This document shows positions 17,877-26,538 of a DNA stretch of 64,000 nt, in pieces. Location: IMG/VR virus record IMGVR_UViG_3300012041_000023, positions 6,159 through 70,158 of that record; one strand, given 5' to 3'. The notes beneath the pieces are model-generated. The model was not told the origin of the DNA, made no database searches, and worked only from the letters and a program-made list of their open reading frames with translations. A program made the translations under genes and the position numbers. Positions within the stretch are counted from its first letter, which is position 1, and each line of letters starts with the position of its first letter. The DNA comes from a virus. Taxonomy: Duplodnaviria; Caudoviricetes.

Positions 17877-19315
17877 GCTCCAAAGAGGAGCAGCCTCCCA
17901 CTCACCGCCAGCTTTGCGAACGCCCCCGATGCCGCATCAATCGCGTCATCATGGGCACCCGAGGGGAAGAGTCGGAACTCCTCCAGCAGATCCGCGTTCC
18001 AGCGCGCCTTGAGGAGCTTCACGTTCCCCGCCTCGCACTGCGCCGCGAAGGGCTGGGCGCGCACTTCCTTGCTGCCCGTCACCCGCTCGGCGTGGATGCT
18101 GTGTCCCGCGAGCAGCCGGACCAGCACCTCCGCCACTTCCTTGCCCGCGGCGCCGGGATCCTGGGGAACCCAGGTCGTCACCTCGCCCGCGTAGCGTTCC
18201 TTGTCCCGCTGGGCGGTCTCCACCAGGCGGGAGTTGCGTTCCCCGGCCGACCACTGCCCGGCGGTGAAGTCCTCCACGTAGAAGAGGTCGCCCGCCCGCG
18301 CCATCAAGATCGACGCACTCCTATCGCCGCCCGCCTGGGTAGCGGCCAGGTCCCAGTACCTCACCCGCCGCGCGGACCTTGGCACCACATCCACGGTCTC
18401 GATCTTGTCGGTGCGGATCGCGCCACCTTCGAGTGGCTGCGGATCGCCCTGATAGAGCGCCGCAAACGACCGAGCCCCCAGCACCGTGCGGATCCCCGCC
18501 AGCGCCGTCTCATCGAAGCGCGCGGGGCAGAGCGCCTGCCCGGGCGCACGTCCCAGGAGGTCGCCGGGCTCGGCCAGCGCCGGCAGCCGCAGCACCGTCC
18601 AGTTCGGGCCGTCTTCGCTGTCAAGGATGCGGCCGGCGAGGTCCATCTCGTGCCAGCGGGTCATGGTGAGCACGATGGAACCGCCGGGCTCGAGGCGGGT
18701 ATACAGGTCGTCGCGATACCAGTCCCACACCCGCTCCTGGTAGGCCGGGCTGTCGGCTTCCTCGCGGTTCTTGACCGGGTCATCGATCAGGATCAGCTCG
18801 GCGCCCTGGCCGGTCACACCCCCGCCCACCCCCACCGCGCGCACGCCCCCGCCTTCGGTCGTCTCCCAGTCCTCCGCGGCGTTGCGCTCCTTGGAAAGCG
18901 GCAGCCCCACCTGCGTGGCCACCCGCCGCGCCTTACGGCTAAACTTGTTCGCGAGCGTCTGGTTGTAGGCGCCGATGATAACCCGCAGCGCCGGGTCCTG
19001 CTCGAGCCTGTGGATCGGATAGCGGACCGTGCCACACTCCGACTTGCCACTCCGCGGGTGCAGGAACAGCATCAGCCGCTTACACCTACCCCACGTCACC
19101 CGGTCCAGGAGACTCGTCAGGATCTGGAGGTGCAGCCAATCCCAGTCCCAGGTCGGTGAGACACTCTGCAACCAGGGGCGGAACCTGGGCGGCATCCCCC
19201 GGAGAATCTGGTCCAGCTCCGCGGCCGTGTCCGTTCCGAACCAGGAGCTCGGAGACGCCGCGCCAGCGGTCGCTGTCCGTGAGGGGCGCGTGCGCCTTGC
19301 CTCGGTCGCTGCCAT
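17873..19315 (-). CDS. terL: terminase large subunit
   Basis: Walker A HPRSGKS, Walker B LILIDDP, nuclease WDLA and HDDAIDA motifs. The start may be downstream of 19315. Confidence 0.92.
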   Translation of the reverse strand: MAATEARRTRPSRTATAGAASPSSWFGTDTAAELDQILRGMPPRFRPWLQSVSPTWDWDWLHLQILTSLLDRVTWGRCKRLMLFLHPRSGKSECGTVRYPIHRLEQDPALRVIIGAYNQTLANKFSRKARRVATQVGLPLSKERNAAEDWETTEGGGVRAVGVGGGVTGQGAELILIDDPVKNREEADSPAYQERVWDWYRDDLYTRLEPGGSIVLTMTRWHEMDLAGRILDSEDGPNWTVLRLPALAEPGDLLGRAPGQALCPARFDETALAGIRTVLGARSFAALYQGDPQPLEGGAIRTDKIETVDVVPRSARRVRYWDLAATQAGGDRSASILMARAGDLFYVEDFTAGQWSAGERNSRLVETAQRDKERYAGEVTTWVPQDPGAAGKEVAEVLVRLLAGHSIHAERVTGSKEVRAQPFAAQCEAGNVKLLKARWNADLLEEFRLFPSGAHDDAIDAASGAFAKLAVSGRLLLFGA

Positions 19316-19640
19316 CCTTCTCCAGCATCTTCAGAGCGATACTCTTATCCGTGAGAATGCCGAACGCGGTCGCCAGTTGGTGGGGCGGCGCGCCGGCGAG
19401 TGAGCCGGGGATCTTCTCCAGCACCAGCGCCGCCACTTCCTCGATACGGGCCAGCATCAGCGTGCGGCCCTCGTCGCGCATCTCCCCGAGCTTCGCCACC
19501 ACGCCCTCGCCGTTCGCCCAGCGACGCAAGGTGCCCCGGGGAATGCCGATCTCCTTCGCGGTGCGCTCCACGTTATCGGCGTTGGCATCGAGGGCCGCGA
19601 GCGCCGCCGCCCGCTCGGCATCGGTGTAGACTCTGGCCAC
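19086..19640 (-). CDS. terS: terminase small subunit (HTH)
   Basis: N-terminal HTH (NVERTAKEIGIPRGTLRRW) directly upstream of terL and overlapping it. Confidence 0.65.
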   Translation of the reverse strand: MARVYTDAERAAALAALDANADNVERTAKEIGIPRGTLRRWANGEGVVAKLGEMRDEGRTLMLARIEEVAALVLEKIPGSLAGAPPHQLATAFGILTDKSIALKMLEKDGSDRGKAHAPLTDSDRWRGVSELLVRNGHGRGAGPDSPGDAAQVPPLVAECLTDLGLGLAAPPDPDESPGPGDVG

Positions 19641-19643
19641 CGG

Positions 19644-19808
19644 CTACCCCGTGATCGGGCCGCCGAACAATTTTAGGCCGGCGATAAAGAGCAAGATGGC
19701 CAGGATGAGACTCGATCCGCCCCAGCCCCAGCGTGCTTCAGCCGGTCCACGGTAGCCCCACCAGCAGCCCCACAGGATGAACAGCACGTAGAACACCCAC
19801 CACCACAT
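19644..19808 (-). CDS. 54-aa Trp-rich two-TM membrane protein (not in the ORF track)
   Basis: Manual translation: MWWWVFYVLFILWGCWWGYRG...LILAILLFIAGLKLFGGPITG. Confidence 0.5.
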   Translation of the reverse strand: MWWWVFYVLFILWGCWWGYRGPAEARWGWGGSSLILAILLFIAGLKLFGGPITG

Positions 19809-19888
19809 GGCTAGTGGAATGGCACACCGTCCTTTCTCGTCGCGAAGGATACGCAGGCACGAAAGGCGAACTTAAAACCGATGATTAT

Positions 19889-19918
19889 GCCCCGCGAGCG
19901 CGGCAAACGCTCCGGGGC
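19889..19918 (+). promoter_or_regulatory. HNH leader hairpin, copy 2
   Basis: GCCCCG-C-GA-GCG-CGGCAAA-CGC-TC-CGGGGC, upstream of AAGGAGG and ATG 19950. Confidence 0.7.
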
Positions 19919-19949
19919 TTGGCCGAAACCTTTGAAGGAGGTCTCGACG

Positions 19950-20504
19950 ATGTCCCGTTCGCCACGCCCCAGCTTCCCCCCTGTCCAGGTCGGTGACCGG
20001 AGCGGTATCCGCACGGTGGTTGCGATCCCGACAGCCAAAAACTATCAGGGCTTTGTAACTCTCAAATGCGCCTGCGGTGCCCGCGCTAATCTCACGATCC
20101 GCGACTTCTACCGCATTCCTCCGACGCGATGCAAAATCTGCCAGCCGAACCGCCGCACCCACGGCGCCACCGGAACCCCTGAATATACTTGCTGGCAAAG
20201 AATGCTTGCTCGTTGCTATCGGCCTAGCCATCATACCTATCAGTATTACGGCGCGAGGGGCATCACGGTTTGCCCTGAATGGCGCAACAGCTTCGATGCC
20301 TTCCTCCGCGATGTCGGCCCGCGTCCATCGCCGGACCTCTCCATCGACCGGATCGACGTCAACGGCAATTACGAGCCCGGCAACGTTCGGTGGGCGAGCC
20401 GCCTGATTCAATCCCAAAACCGACGCCCCAGAACTCCCAAACCAAAGGATGAGGCATCTCGACCACCTTCCCATCAAACGCAAAAAGGCGCCACCGAGGA
20501 CTGA
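19950..20504 (+). CDS. HNH endonuclease (YGxRGI subtype), antisense to the late operon
   Basis: WQRMLARC...YYGARGITVCPEW...SIDRIDVNGNYEPGNVRWA. Confidence 0.85.
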   Translation: MSRSPRPSFPPVQVGDRSGIRTVVAIPTAKNYQGFVTLKCACGARANLTIRDFYRIPPTRCKICQPNRRTHGATGTPEYTCWQRMLARCYRPSHHTYQYYGARGITVCPEWRNSFDAFLRDVGPRPSPDLSIDRIDVNGNYEPGNVRWASRLIQSQNRRPRTPKPKDEASRPPSHQTQKGATED

Positions 20505-20775
20505 TTCCTCGTGTGGCGCCTTGAGCGCTGGCTAATCAATGCAGACCGGACGGATGCCGGTCATTGTATTTTCGGGCGGACCGCGCCTCCCCACCGAGCG
20601 CGGCCCCGTCCGGTTGGGGAGGGCACAGCGCCGGTCTGGTAGACGGAGAGGCGGCCCCGCCCGAAAGGTTACTGGCCGCGTTTGGGCGGGTGGGGCTTGA
20701 TACCCACTCGGGTTTCACCCCGGCGAGGCGTCGTTAGCGTTCTCCCCGCGTCCTTCCGCGGTGCCGCCCGAAAGG

Positions 20776-20847
20776 AAGGGCCTCCCGGAATCTAACCGAG
20801 TCCCTCGCAGTACGCCCGCGAGATGCTGGACATTACAACAAAGCCCT
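20776..20847 (-). ncRNA. 72-nt tRNA-like cloverleaf with a non-canonical anticodon loop
   Basis: Acceptor AGGGCTT/AGGCCCT, D-stem GTTG/CAGC, stem CTCGC/GCGAG with a 9-nt loop, T-arm CTCGG-TTAGATT-CCGGG; no CCA. Confidence 0.5.
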
Positions 20848-20862
20848 ACGGTCTTTCTTGGC

Positions 20863-20892
20863 ATTTTATCGCAGCGGCCTCTTGCGTGTCAA
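20863..20892 (-). promoter_or_regulatory. sigma70-type promoter for the packaging/head operon
   Basis: TTGACA-18 nt-TAAAAT on the minus strand. Confidence 0.65.
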
Positions 20893-21054
20893 GCAAAGCG
20901 CGAATATCCACCCACACCCGCACCCATTTGCGCCGCACCCGCCACGCCTTCACGCGCAGGAGCTTCGTCGCCGGGTCGTAGTGCCCGACGACGCGCCCGG
21001 TCATCTCATCGTGGACCGGAACGAGCGACGGCGGCTCCTCGGGCGGGGGATTGG

Positions 21055-21348
21055 TCAACGCGCGCGCCCCCACGCTTGGGCTGTCTCGTAGTCGGCTGCA
21101 TCCTTCGCGGGCCGCGAATAGCCCGTCAAGCAGTCCGTGCAGCCGCAGTCCACCGGATCCACCCACTCACTCCCGGACAGGAGATCGGCGCGCTGCGGTG
21201 CCAGGAGCCGCCCGTCGATCTCGTCCGCGACAAAACGATAGGTGAAGGCGTGCGCCTGCGGGCCCGCCTGGTCGGCCCTCGCCCGCAATTCCGCCACGTA
21301 GCCCCGCAATCCCTGCTCCAACTTCGCCAGCCGCTCCGCTGCCGTCAA
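21055..21348 (-). CDS. hypothetical protein
   Basis: 97-aa ORF with a CGCTDC motif. Confidence 0.45.
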   Translation of the reverse strand: MTAAERLAKLEQGLRGYVAELRARADQAGPQAHAFTYRFVADEIDGRLLAPQRADLLSGSEWVDPVDCGCTDCLTGYSRPAKDAADYETAQAWGRAR

Positions 21349-21484
21349 CCCTCGTCCTCCCTCTCCAATCCCATCTCCTCGGCTCCCGGCAGCGCCAGCA
21401 CCTCGCGCGCCACCCTCACGAACTCATCGAACGCCCAGTAGGCCCCGTGGAATATCTGTATCCCCCCGTGCTCATAGTAAGGCG

Positions 21485-21721
21485 TCACCCCTCCACCTCA
21501 AACCGCGCCACGAGCGCGCAGTGCCAGTCCTCCCCGGGAACCTCCCGCACCGGCACGCGGTCGATGGCCACCAGTCCGTTGGCCGCGAACCCCCGCACGG
21601 TGCAGCGCGGGGGTTCGGTCGGCACGACGTGGGTGACGATGCCGGGCAGGGGATGCCCGCCCGGCCCGTAGAGACGCACGAAGTCCCAGACGCGGGGGAC
21701 TTCCACTGTATCGGCGGTCAC
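21485..21721 (-). CDS. hypothetical protein, paralog of 22098..22601
   Basis: D(F/Y)V..(Y/H)GP.G..LPGIV...EDW.C.L.ARFE shared by both. Confidence 0.5.
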   Translation of the reverse strand: MTADTVEVPRVWDFVRLYGPGGHPLPGIVTHVVPTEPPRCTVRGFAANGLVAIDRVPVREVPGEDWHCALVARFEVEG

Positions 21722-22098
21722 GACCCCGCCCCCTGATAGATAGGCGGAACGGGATCTGGATTCGCCCACGGATCGTCACCCGAAAGCCCGTCCGGCGTCC
21801 AGTAACCCAGCAGCCCTATCACCACGTTCTGCGCCATCGCATCCGGGTCGAAGTCAACCTCCTTGCCGTTCCGCGTAGACGCCTTGATAGCCCAACGCGC
21901 CGCGGTGCGCACCTTGGCGGCCATCTCGGTGCGGGCGGGGCCCTCGCCCATTCGCAACGTCATCGGCGGCGGTCCCGTAAAACCCTCCGCGTCCGTCTGA
22001 TAAAGCCAATGATCCTCCGGAAGCGGCATGGAGAACACACCGAAGGCCGAGCCGTCAGGTAACACGGTGATAGTGTCGATTGGTCGGGGGACTTCCAT
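21718..22098 (-). CDS. phage hypothetical protein
   Basis: Coupled ORF containing SMPLPEDHWLY and DFDPDAMAQN. Confidence 0.5.
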   Translation of the reverse strand: MEVPRPIDTITVLPDGSAFGVFSMPLPEDHWLYQTDAEGFTGPPPMTLRMGEGPARTEMAAKVRTAARWAIKASTRNGKEVDFDPDAMAQNVVIGLLGYWTPDGLSGDDPWANPDPVPPIYQGAGS

Positions 22099-22601
22099 TA
22101 CTCTTTCTCTTCCTCCAGCTTCGCCGCTTCGAAGCGCGCTTCGAGCGTGCACCACCAATCCTCGCCCTCGGTCTTTTTCGTCGGCAGGTTCGCGAACTGC
22201 TCCAGCCCGTAGGCGGAACAGGCCTGGACCTGGCAGAGGGGAGGACCTCCGGCCACAATCGGTTCCACGACCGCGCGCACGATACCCGGCAACTGCTCAC
22301 CATTGGGACCGTGAACGAACACGTAGTCATAGATGCGGGGGGCGCCTCTCGGCACGGCCGCCTTCGTCGCCGGCGGCAGCGTTTCGGCGAGCATCGGACG
22401 CGTGGTTTCGTCCGTGTCCGTCTCGATCTTCATACCGTAGGCGTAGATCGGCTCCGATTCCCGCTCCTGGGTCTCCGTCTTCGGATGCGAGGGTTCTCCG
22501 GGTGGGGAGGGCGGCGTGGCGGCCGGGGGCACCGCCTTCTCCTCGTGCTTCGGGCTCGCGGTCTTCTGCGGTTGGTCCTTCTTCTCGGTTTTTCCTAACA
22601 T
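22098..22601 (-). CDS. hypothetical protein, paralog of 21485..21721
   Basis: GGAG RBS; shared C-terminal domain. Confidence 0.55.
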   Translation of the reverse strand: MLGKTEKKDQPQKTASPKHEEKAVPPAATPPSPPGEPSHPKTETQERESEPIYAYGMKIETDTDETTRPMLAETLPPATKAAVPRGAPRIYDYVFVHGPNGEQLPGIVRAVVEPIVAGGPPLCQVQACSAYGLEQFANLPTKKTEGEDWWCTLEARFEAAKLEEEKE

Positions 22602-22650
22602 GATGGCTCTCCTTTCAAACGAGGGACGGCATTAGCGCCGCCCCTTTCCC

Positions 22651-23382
22651 TCACAACGCCAGTTCTACCTGCCGCATCTCCGGGGCAGGCTCCGTCTCCG
22701 TGAACAGCGGGAGCGTCTCCTGCTGGAGGCGCCGGGCAGCGATCTCGCAGTAGCGTTCCTCAATCTCGATGCCGATGGCGGGGCAACCCGCCATCTTCGC
22801 GGCCACGAGCGTCGAGCCCGAGCCGAGGAAGGGATCGAGGACGAGGCCGCCCCCGCTCTCCTCGATCAGCTTGCGTAGGAGCGGCACTGGCTTCTGTGCG
22901 GGGTGAAACTCCTTCTCTCCGCACCATTTCGACTGCCACACGTCGGGCAACCCCCGGTTTCCGATGGCGAACTCTGGGCACACGAACAGCGCGGCGAGTT
23001 CATACGACGGGCGCAATCCCCGATGCCCGCCGGGTCCGATCCACACCTTATCCCAGACAAGGAGGCTTTCAATGGGCCACCGGGCTTCATAGCTGGCTCG
23101 CGCCAGAACAGGAAACGACCGCCATGAATTGAACACCCAGGCGGCTCCGCGCTGATTAGCCAGAAGCCGCCGGAATTCAACGAGCAGCGCCGCATAGAAC
23201 GACGCGCTGTTCATCAGGTCTCCCCAGCCGCCGCCCGCCTTCCAGTCCTGGCCGGTCGATGCGATGCCGAACACGTAGGGCGGATCCGTCACGACCAGAT
23301 CAATACTCACCAGATCGGCCATAACCTCCCGGCAGTCCCCATGATAAATCGTCACGCCCCCATGCTCGTAGTAGCGCTTCAC
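22651..23382 (-). CDS. N4/N6 DNA methyltransferase (orphan)
   Basis: TDPPY, HPAQKP and DPFLGSGST motifs; GTG start at 23382. Confidence 0.9.
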   Translation of the reverse strand: MKRYYEHGGVTIYHGDCREVMADLVSIDLVVTDPPYVFGIASTGQDWKAGGGWGDLMNSASFYAALLVEFRRLLANQRGAAWVFNSWRSFPVLARASYEARWPIESLLVWDKVWIGPGGHRGLRPSYELAALFVCPEFAIGNRGLPDVWQSKWCGEKEFHPAQKPVPLLRKLIEESGGGLVLDPFLGSGSTLVAAKMAGCPAIGIEIEERYCEIAARRLQQETLPLFTETEPAPEMRQVELAL

Positions 23383-23678
23383 CGTCTCCCCTTCTTCCGC
23401 ACCCGCGCCTCGTGCTCCATCGCCAGCGCCCGCCCGAGAGGCAGCCCGTCCCCCTCGTCCAGCATCGCCGGTCGGCTGGCGGCGCTCTGCCCCTTCATGA
23501 TCCACTCCGCGATCTGCTGGGCGAGTTCTTCCAGCGTCACCGCCTCCTCCCACTCCCCGCGTCCCCGGCACTCGGGGCAGAGGATGGCGTGTCCCTCCTG
23601 GGGGACGTAGCCGGCACCGCTGCAGTTGGAGCAGCGGTGCTTGACGGCGAGGGTCAGGGTGGGGGTGAGGTCAGGCAT
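23379..23678 (-). CDS. CxxC zinc-finger protein
   Basis: CSNCSGAG...CPECRGRG. Confidence 0.5.
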   Translation of the reverse strand: MPDLTPTLTLAVKHRCSNCSGAGYVPQEGHAILCPECRGRGEWEEAVTLEELAQQIAEWIMKGQSAASRPAMLDEGDGLPLGRALAMEHEARVRKKGRR

Positions 23679-23688
23679 TGGTATCTTC

Positions 23689-23919
23689 CTAATGGTCAAT
23701 GTGAGAACTAAACTGGTTGCCGTATGAGCTTTTAAGCGTTGACCAGCAATGCGGACACACCCAGTGCGTGCCGCGCTCCCCGCTGATGCTGATGAAGTAG
23801 GCATCCTTCAAGGGATGGTCGCAGCGAGCGCACCTGCTGCCGTCCGTCACCACCGCCTGGTAGTCGTGAAGGATAAGTTGTCGGGTGGGGCGCATCCCCC
23901 GCCGAGCAAACTCGTCCAT
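23689..23919 (-). CDS. small CxxC protein
   Basis: CARC...CPHC. Confidence 0.4.
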   Translation of the reverse strand: MDEFARRGMRPTRQLILHDYQAVVTDGSRCARCDHPLKDAYFISISGERGTHWVCPHCWSTLKSSYGNQFSSHIDH

Positions 23920-24171
23920 CGCACTAGTCGTCCACCTTCTCCAACACCACGCCCACCTTCCACCGCTCCCCGTGGATGCGGGCCTTGACGAGACCCGGGA
24001 TGATCTTCTGCACGCCGGGCTTCAGGTCGGCGTATTCTTCCGCTTCCTCAGCTATCTTTGAGGCTAGCACGAGCGCGTCAGCGATCTTCATGACGGGGTT
24101 CTCCCCGAGAGTAGGTGCGTCGTCACGCAGACGGGACAGGTCAGCATTGGCATATCACCGCCTCCAGCAGG

Positions 24172-24579
24172 CTAGGCTTTCTTGCCGTTTCCGTTCTTGC
24201 GGTCGATCACGACGCGCCAGATGGTGCCGATGAGCTGCGCGATGACCGCCAGTCCGATAGCGTTCAGGATCAGTTTCGCCTGATCGGCACTCGTTTCCAG
24301 GCGCACCAGCCGCTCACTCAAGCCACGCCACTCCACCTCGCCGACGCGTTTCTCGATAGCGATGAGCCGTGCCTCCTGCCTCTCCAAGCCATTCTTCATC
24401 GCCACGAGTTGCTCGGTATTCGCGGCCTGCCGGGTGCTGTAGACATCCAGCCGCTGATCCATCGCGGTCAGGCGCGTCTCAATCGCCGTGATACGCCAGC
24501 CCATGACCTGCTCGTTCTGCGTGAGCAGTGGGGCCACGTGCACGGGGGAGGCTAGTAGCCCCAGCAGGAGCAGGAGCAC
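24172..24579 (-). CDS. membrane and coiled-coil protein (lysis-region candidate)
   Basis: Hydrophobic N- and C-termini around a coiled coil; GGAGG RBS. Confidence 0.55.
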   Translation of the reverse strand: MLLLLLGLLASPVHVAPLLTQNEQVMGWRITAIETRLTAMDQRLDVYSTRQAANTEQLVAMKNGLERQEARLIAIEKRVGEVEWRGLSERLVRLETSADQAKLILNAIGLAVIAQLIGTIWRVVIDRKNGNGKKA

Positions 24580-24662
24580 GCTACCCGCCCTCCACGATCA
24601 TGACGGCGGGATCTTCATGTAGGACATCCCCAGGCACGAAGAGAACTTAACTTCAAGAGATT

Positions 24663-24690
24663 GCCCCGCGACGCTTGCAACGTCCGGGGC
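24663..24690 (+). promoter_or_regulatory. HNH leader hairpin, copy 3
   Basis: GCCCCG-C-GA-CG-CTTGCAA-CG-TC-CGGGGC, upstream of AAGGAG and ATG 24716. Confidence 0.7.
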
Positions 24691-24715
24691 TCGGCACCAG
24701 AAGGAGAAACTTCGG

Positions 24716-25330
24716 ATGCACACTCATTCTATCACCCCTACTCACGCCTGCCTGAACTGCGGACTGCCGATCACCTCTAGACACGCGCGGTTGTATTGCA
24801 GCCTCGCTTGCTACGACGCCACGCGAAACATGCGTGTTCTGGAAAACTTCCTTGCCAAAGTTCGCGTCACCGAAGGCTGTTGGCTTTGGGACGGACTTAC
24901 GGCGCACGGAGGCTACGGGAAGGTGAAGGCCAATGGCAAGACCATCGGCGCACACCGCCTCTCGTGGGAAATCCACCATGGCGAGATTCCCGATGGGCAG
25001 TGCGTCTTGCATAAGTGCGACGTTCCGCTGTGCGTCAACCCCGATCATCTGTTCCTCGGTACGAACCTGGACAACATCGCCGACCGGCATCGGAAAGGAC
25101 GCGATGCTCGTGGCGAAACCAGTGGCCGCCAAACAAAGCCTGAACGAACCGTACGCGGCGAGCGCGTCAACACCGCCAAGCTGACGGCCGCTCAAGTCAC
25201 CCTCATTCGAAAGCGCGTCGCCGAGGATCGCGCCTCGATGGCTTCTCTCGCTCGCGAGTATCACGTGAGCCCGCAATCCATCCAAAGGATTATTGATGGC
25301 CGCTCCTGGAAACACTTGCTTGATCCTTAA
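24716..25330 (+). CDS. HNH endonuclease (HNH_3) with a C-terminal HTH, antisense
   Basis: CWLWDG...AHRLSWEIHHG...VLHKCDVPLCVNPDHL...N...N...AKLT. Confidence 0.9.
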   Translation: MHTHSITPTHACLNCGLPITSRHARLYCSLACYDATRNMRVLENFLAKVRVTEGCWLWDGLTAHGGYGKVKANGKTIGAHRLSWEIHHGEIPDGQCVLHKCDVPLCVNPDHLFLGTNLDNIADRHRKGRDARGETSGRQTKPERTVRGERVNTAKLTAAQVTLIRKRVAEDRASMASLAREYHVSPQSIQRIIDGRSWKHLLDP

Positions 25331-25333
25331 CCT

Positions 25334-25687
25334 TCACGCCGGCGGCCCCCGCCGCTCCTTCGCCATGTCCGCCACGATCTGGCGCAGCTCCGCGATCTCC
25401 GCTTTCGCCTCGGCCAGTTTATCGCTCGTCGCCACGAAGCGTTCATCGGAGCGGTTGGACAGGTCCGCCGCCACATCATCGGCCTTCACCGTAAGCGTTG
25501 CCGCGACGCTGTCCGTGCGGTCGGCCAGGTCCATCGCGTTGGCGTCTGCTTTCACGCCCGCGGCTTTGACATCCCGCGAGACGGAGCGCAGTTCCCGGAT
25601 GACCATGACAACCCCCGCCGCCAGTCCCCCGACGAGGGCGGTCACGGCGGTCAAGATCTGTAGGATCCCGCTGACGTCGATTGTCAC
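25334..25687 (-). CDS. holin-like protein (one TM plus coiled coil)
   Basis: N-terminal hydrophobic helix followed by a charged coiled coil. Confidence 0.45.
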   Translation of the reverse strand: MTIDVSGILQILTAVTALVGGLAAGVVMVIRELRSVSRDVKAAGVKADANAMDLADRTDSVAATLTVKADDVAADLSNRSDERFVATSDKLAEAKAEIAELRQIVADMAKERRGPPA

Positions 25688-25860
25688 TTCTTACCGTTTC
25701 TCTTACCAAACCAGTAACCGACGACCGCTAACAACAAGCCGAACACCTCCGTTGAGAGTTGCGGACGGAGGACAATGATCGTTCCGCCGCCGATCAGGAT
25801 CACGAGCGATAAATAGAAATCGTGCCTGGAAACGCCCGGCGATTCGTCATTGAGACTCAT
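25684..25860 (-). CDS. small two-TM holin-like protein
   Basis: Two hydrophobic segments and a basic C-terminus (KRNGKK). Confidence 0.45.
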   Translation of the reverse strand: MSLNDESPGVSRHDFYLSLVILIGGGTIIVLRPQLSTEVFGLLLAVVGYWFGKRNGKK

Positions 25861-26389
25861 GCCAGATCGCTTCCCCAAAAATGAAAAATCCTATCCCAGC
25901 GTGCGGAGCAATCGGCTGATAACCCCCCCAGTTCAAGAGTTGGATCCCAAACAGATAGCCGATCAGGATCATCGTCATCACCACCATCAGCGTGAGCCCG
26001 AGCACCATGGACGGCCGCACCAGCGCGAAAGCGCTGACGCAAAAACTGATTGCAGCCACAATCGCCATTCGGGTATCGTAGATTTCACCCGTCTGCGCCC
26101 AGGGACGAAAGTTCCAAAGCTGATCGTAACCGAACGCGTTGAGCAGATAGGCGAGCAGAACGACCGCACCGAGCGCGAAAGTCAGCAGCGCGGCAGGCCA
26201 ACGCAGGATATTCCAGGAGAGTCCCAGCGCGAGCAGGACAAACCCCACGGCGGTATCCAGCGCCATGGGCTTCAATCCCGAGGCAATCAGGATCGGCCGG
26301 GGATCGCGTAGCACCCATCCGCAGATGACGAGCCCTCCCAAAATGAACAGCGCGAGAGCACTGGGATTGAACCTATAGCGGAATCTCAT
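25847..26389 (-). CDS. polytopic membrane protein resembling the N-terminal TM region of sensor kinases
   Basis: Five or six hydrophobic segments; repeated (P/R)MA..(T/A)A..F pattern; no kinase domain. Confidence 0.5.
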   Translation of the reverse strand: MRFRYRFNPSALALFILGGLVICGWVLRDPRPILIASGLKPMALDTAVGFVLLALGLSWNILRWPAALLTFALGAVVLLAYLLNAFGYDQLWNFRPWAQTGEIYDTRMAIVAAISFCVSAFALVRPSMVLGLTLMVVMTMILIGYLFGIQLLNWGGYQPIAPHAGIGFFIFGEAIWHESQ

Positions 26390-26538
26390 AACAAGGACCC
26401 CCCTTATCATGAGGGGTTGGTAATGTAAAAGGCATCCACGCTACCCGCCGAAAGCGCGGAAAGATCATAACTGCGACGTAGCCCCTGCCCCGCCTCCTCG
26501 TCCGGCATTCGCGGCTACCCCCGTGGCCCCCGCCTCCC

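Noticed and set aside
20776-20847. Functional decoding tRNA
   Set aside because: The anticodon loop has 9 nt and lacks U33, the D-loop lacks GG and there is no CCA; kept only as tRNA-like.
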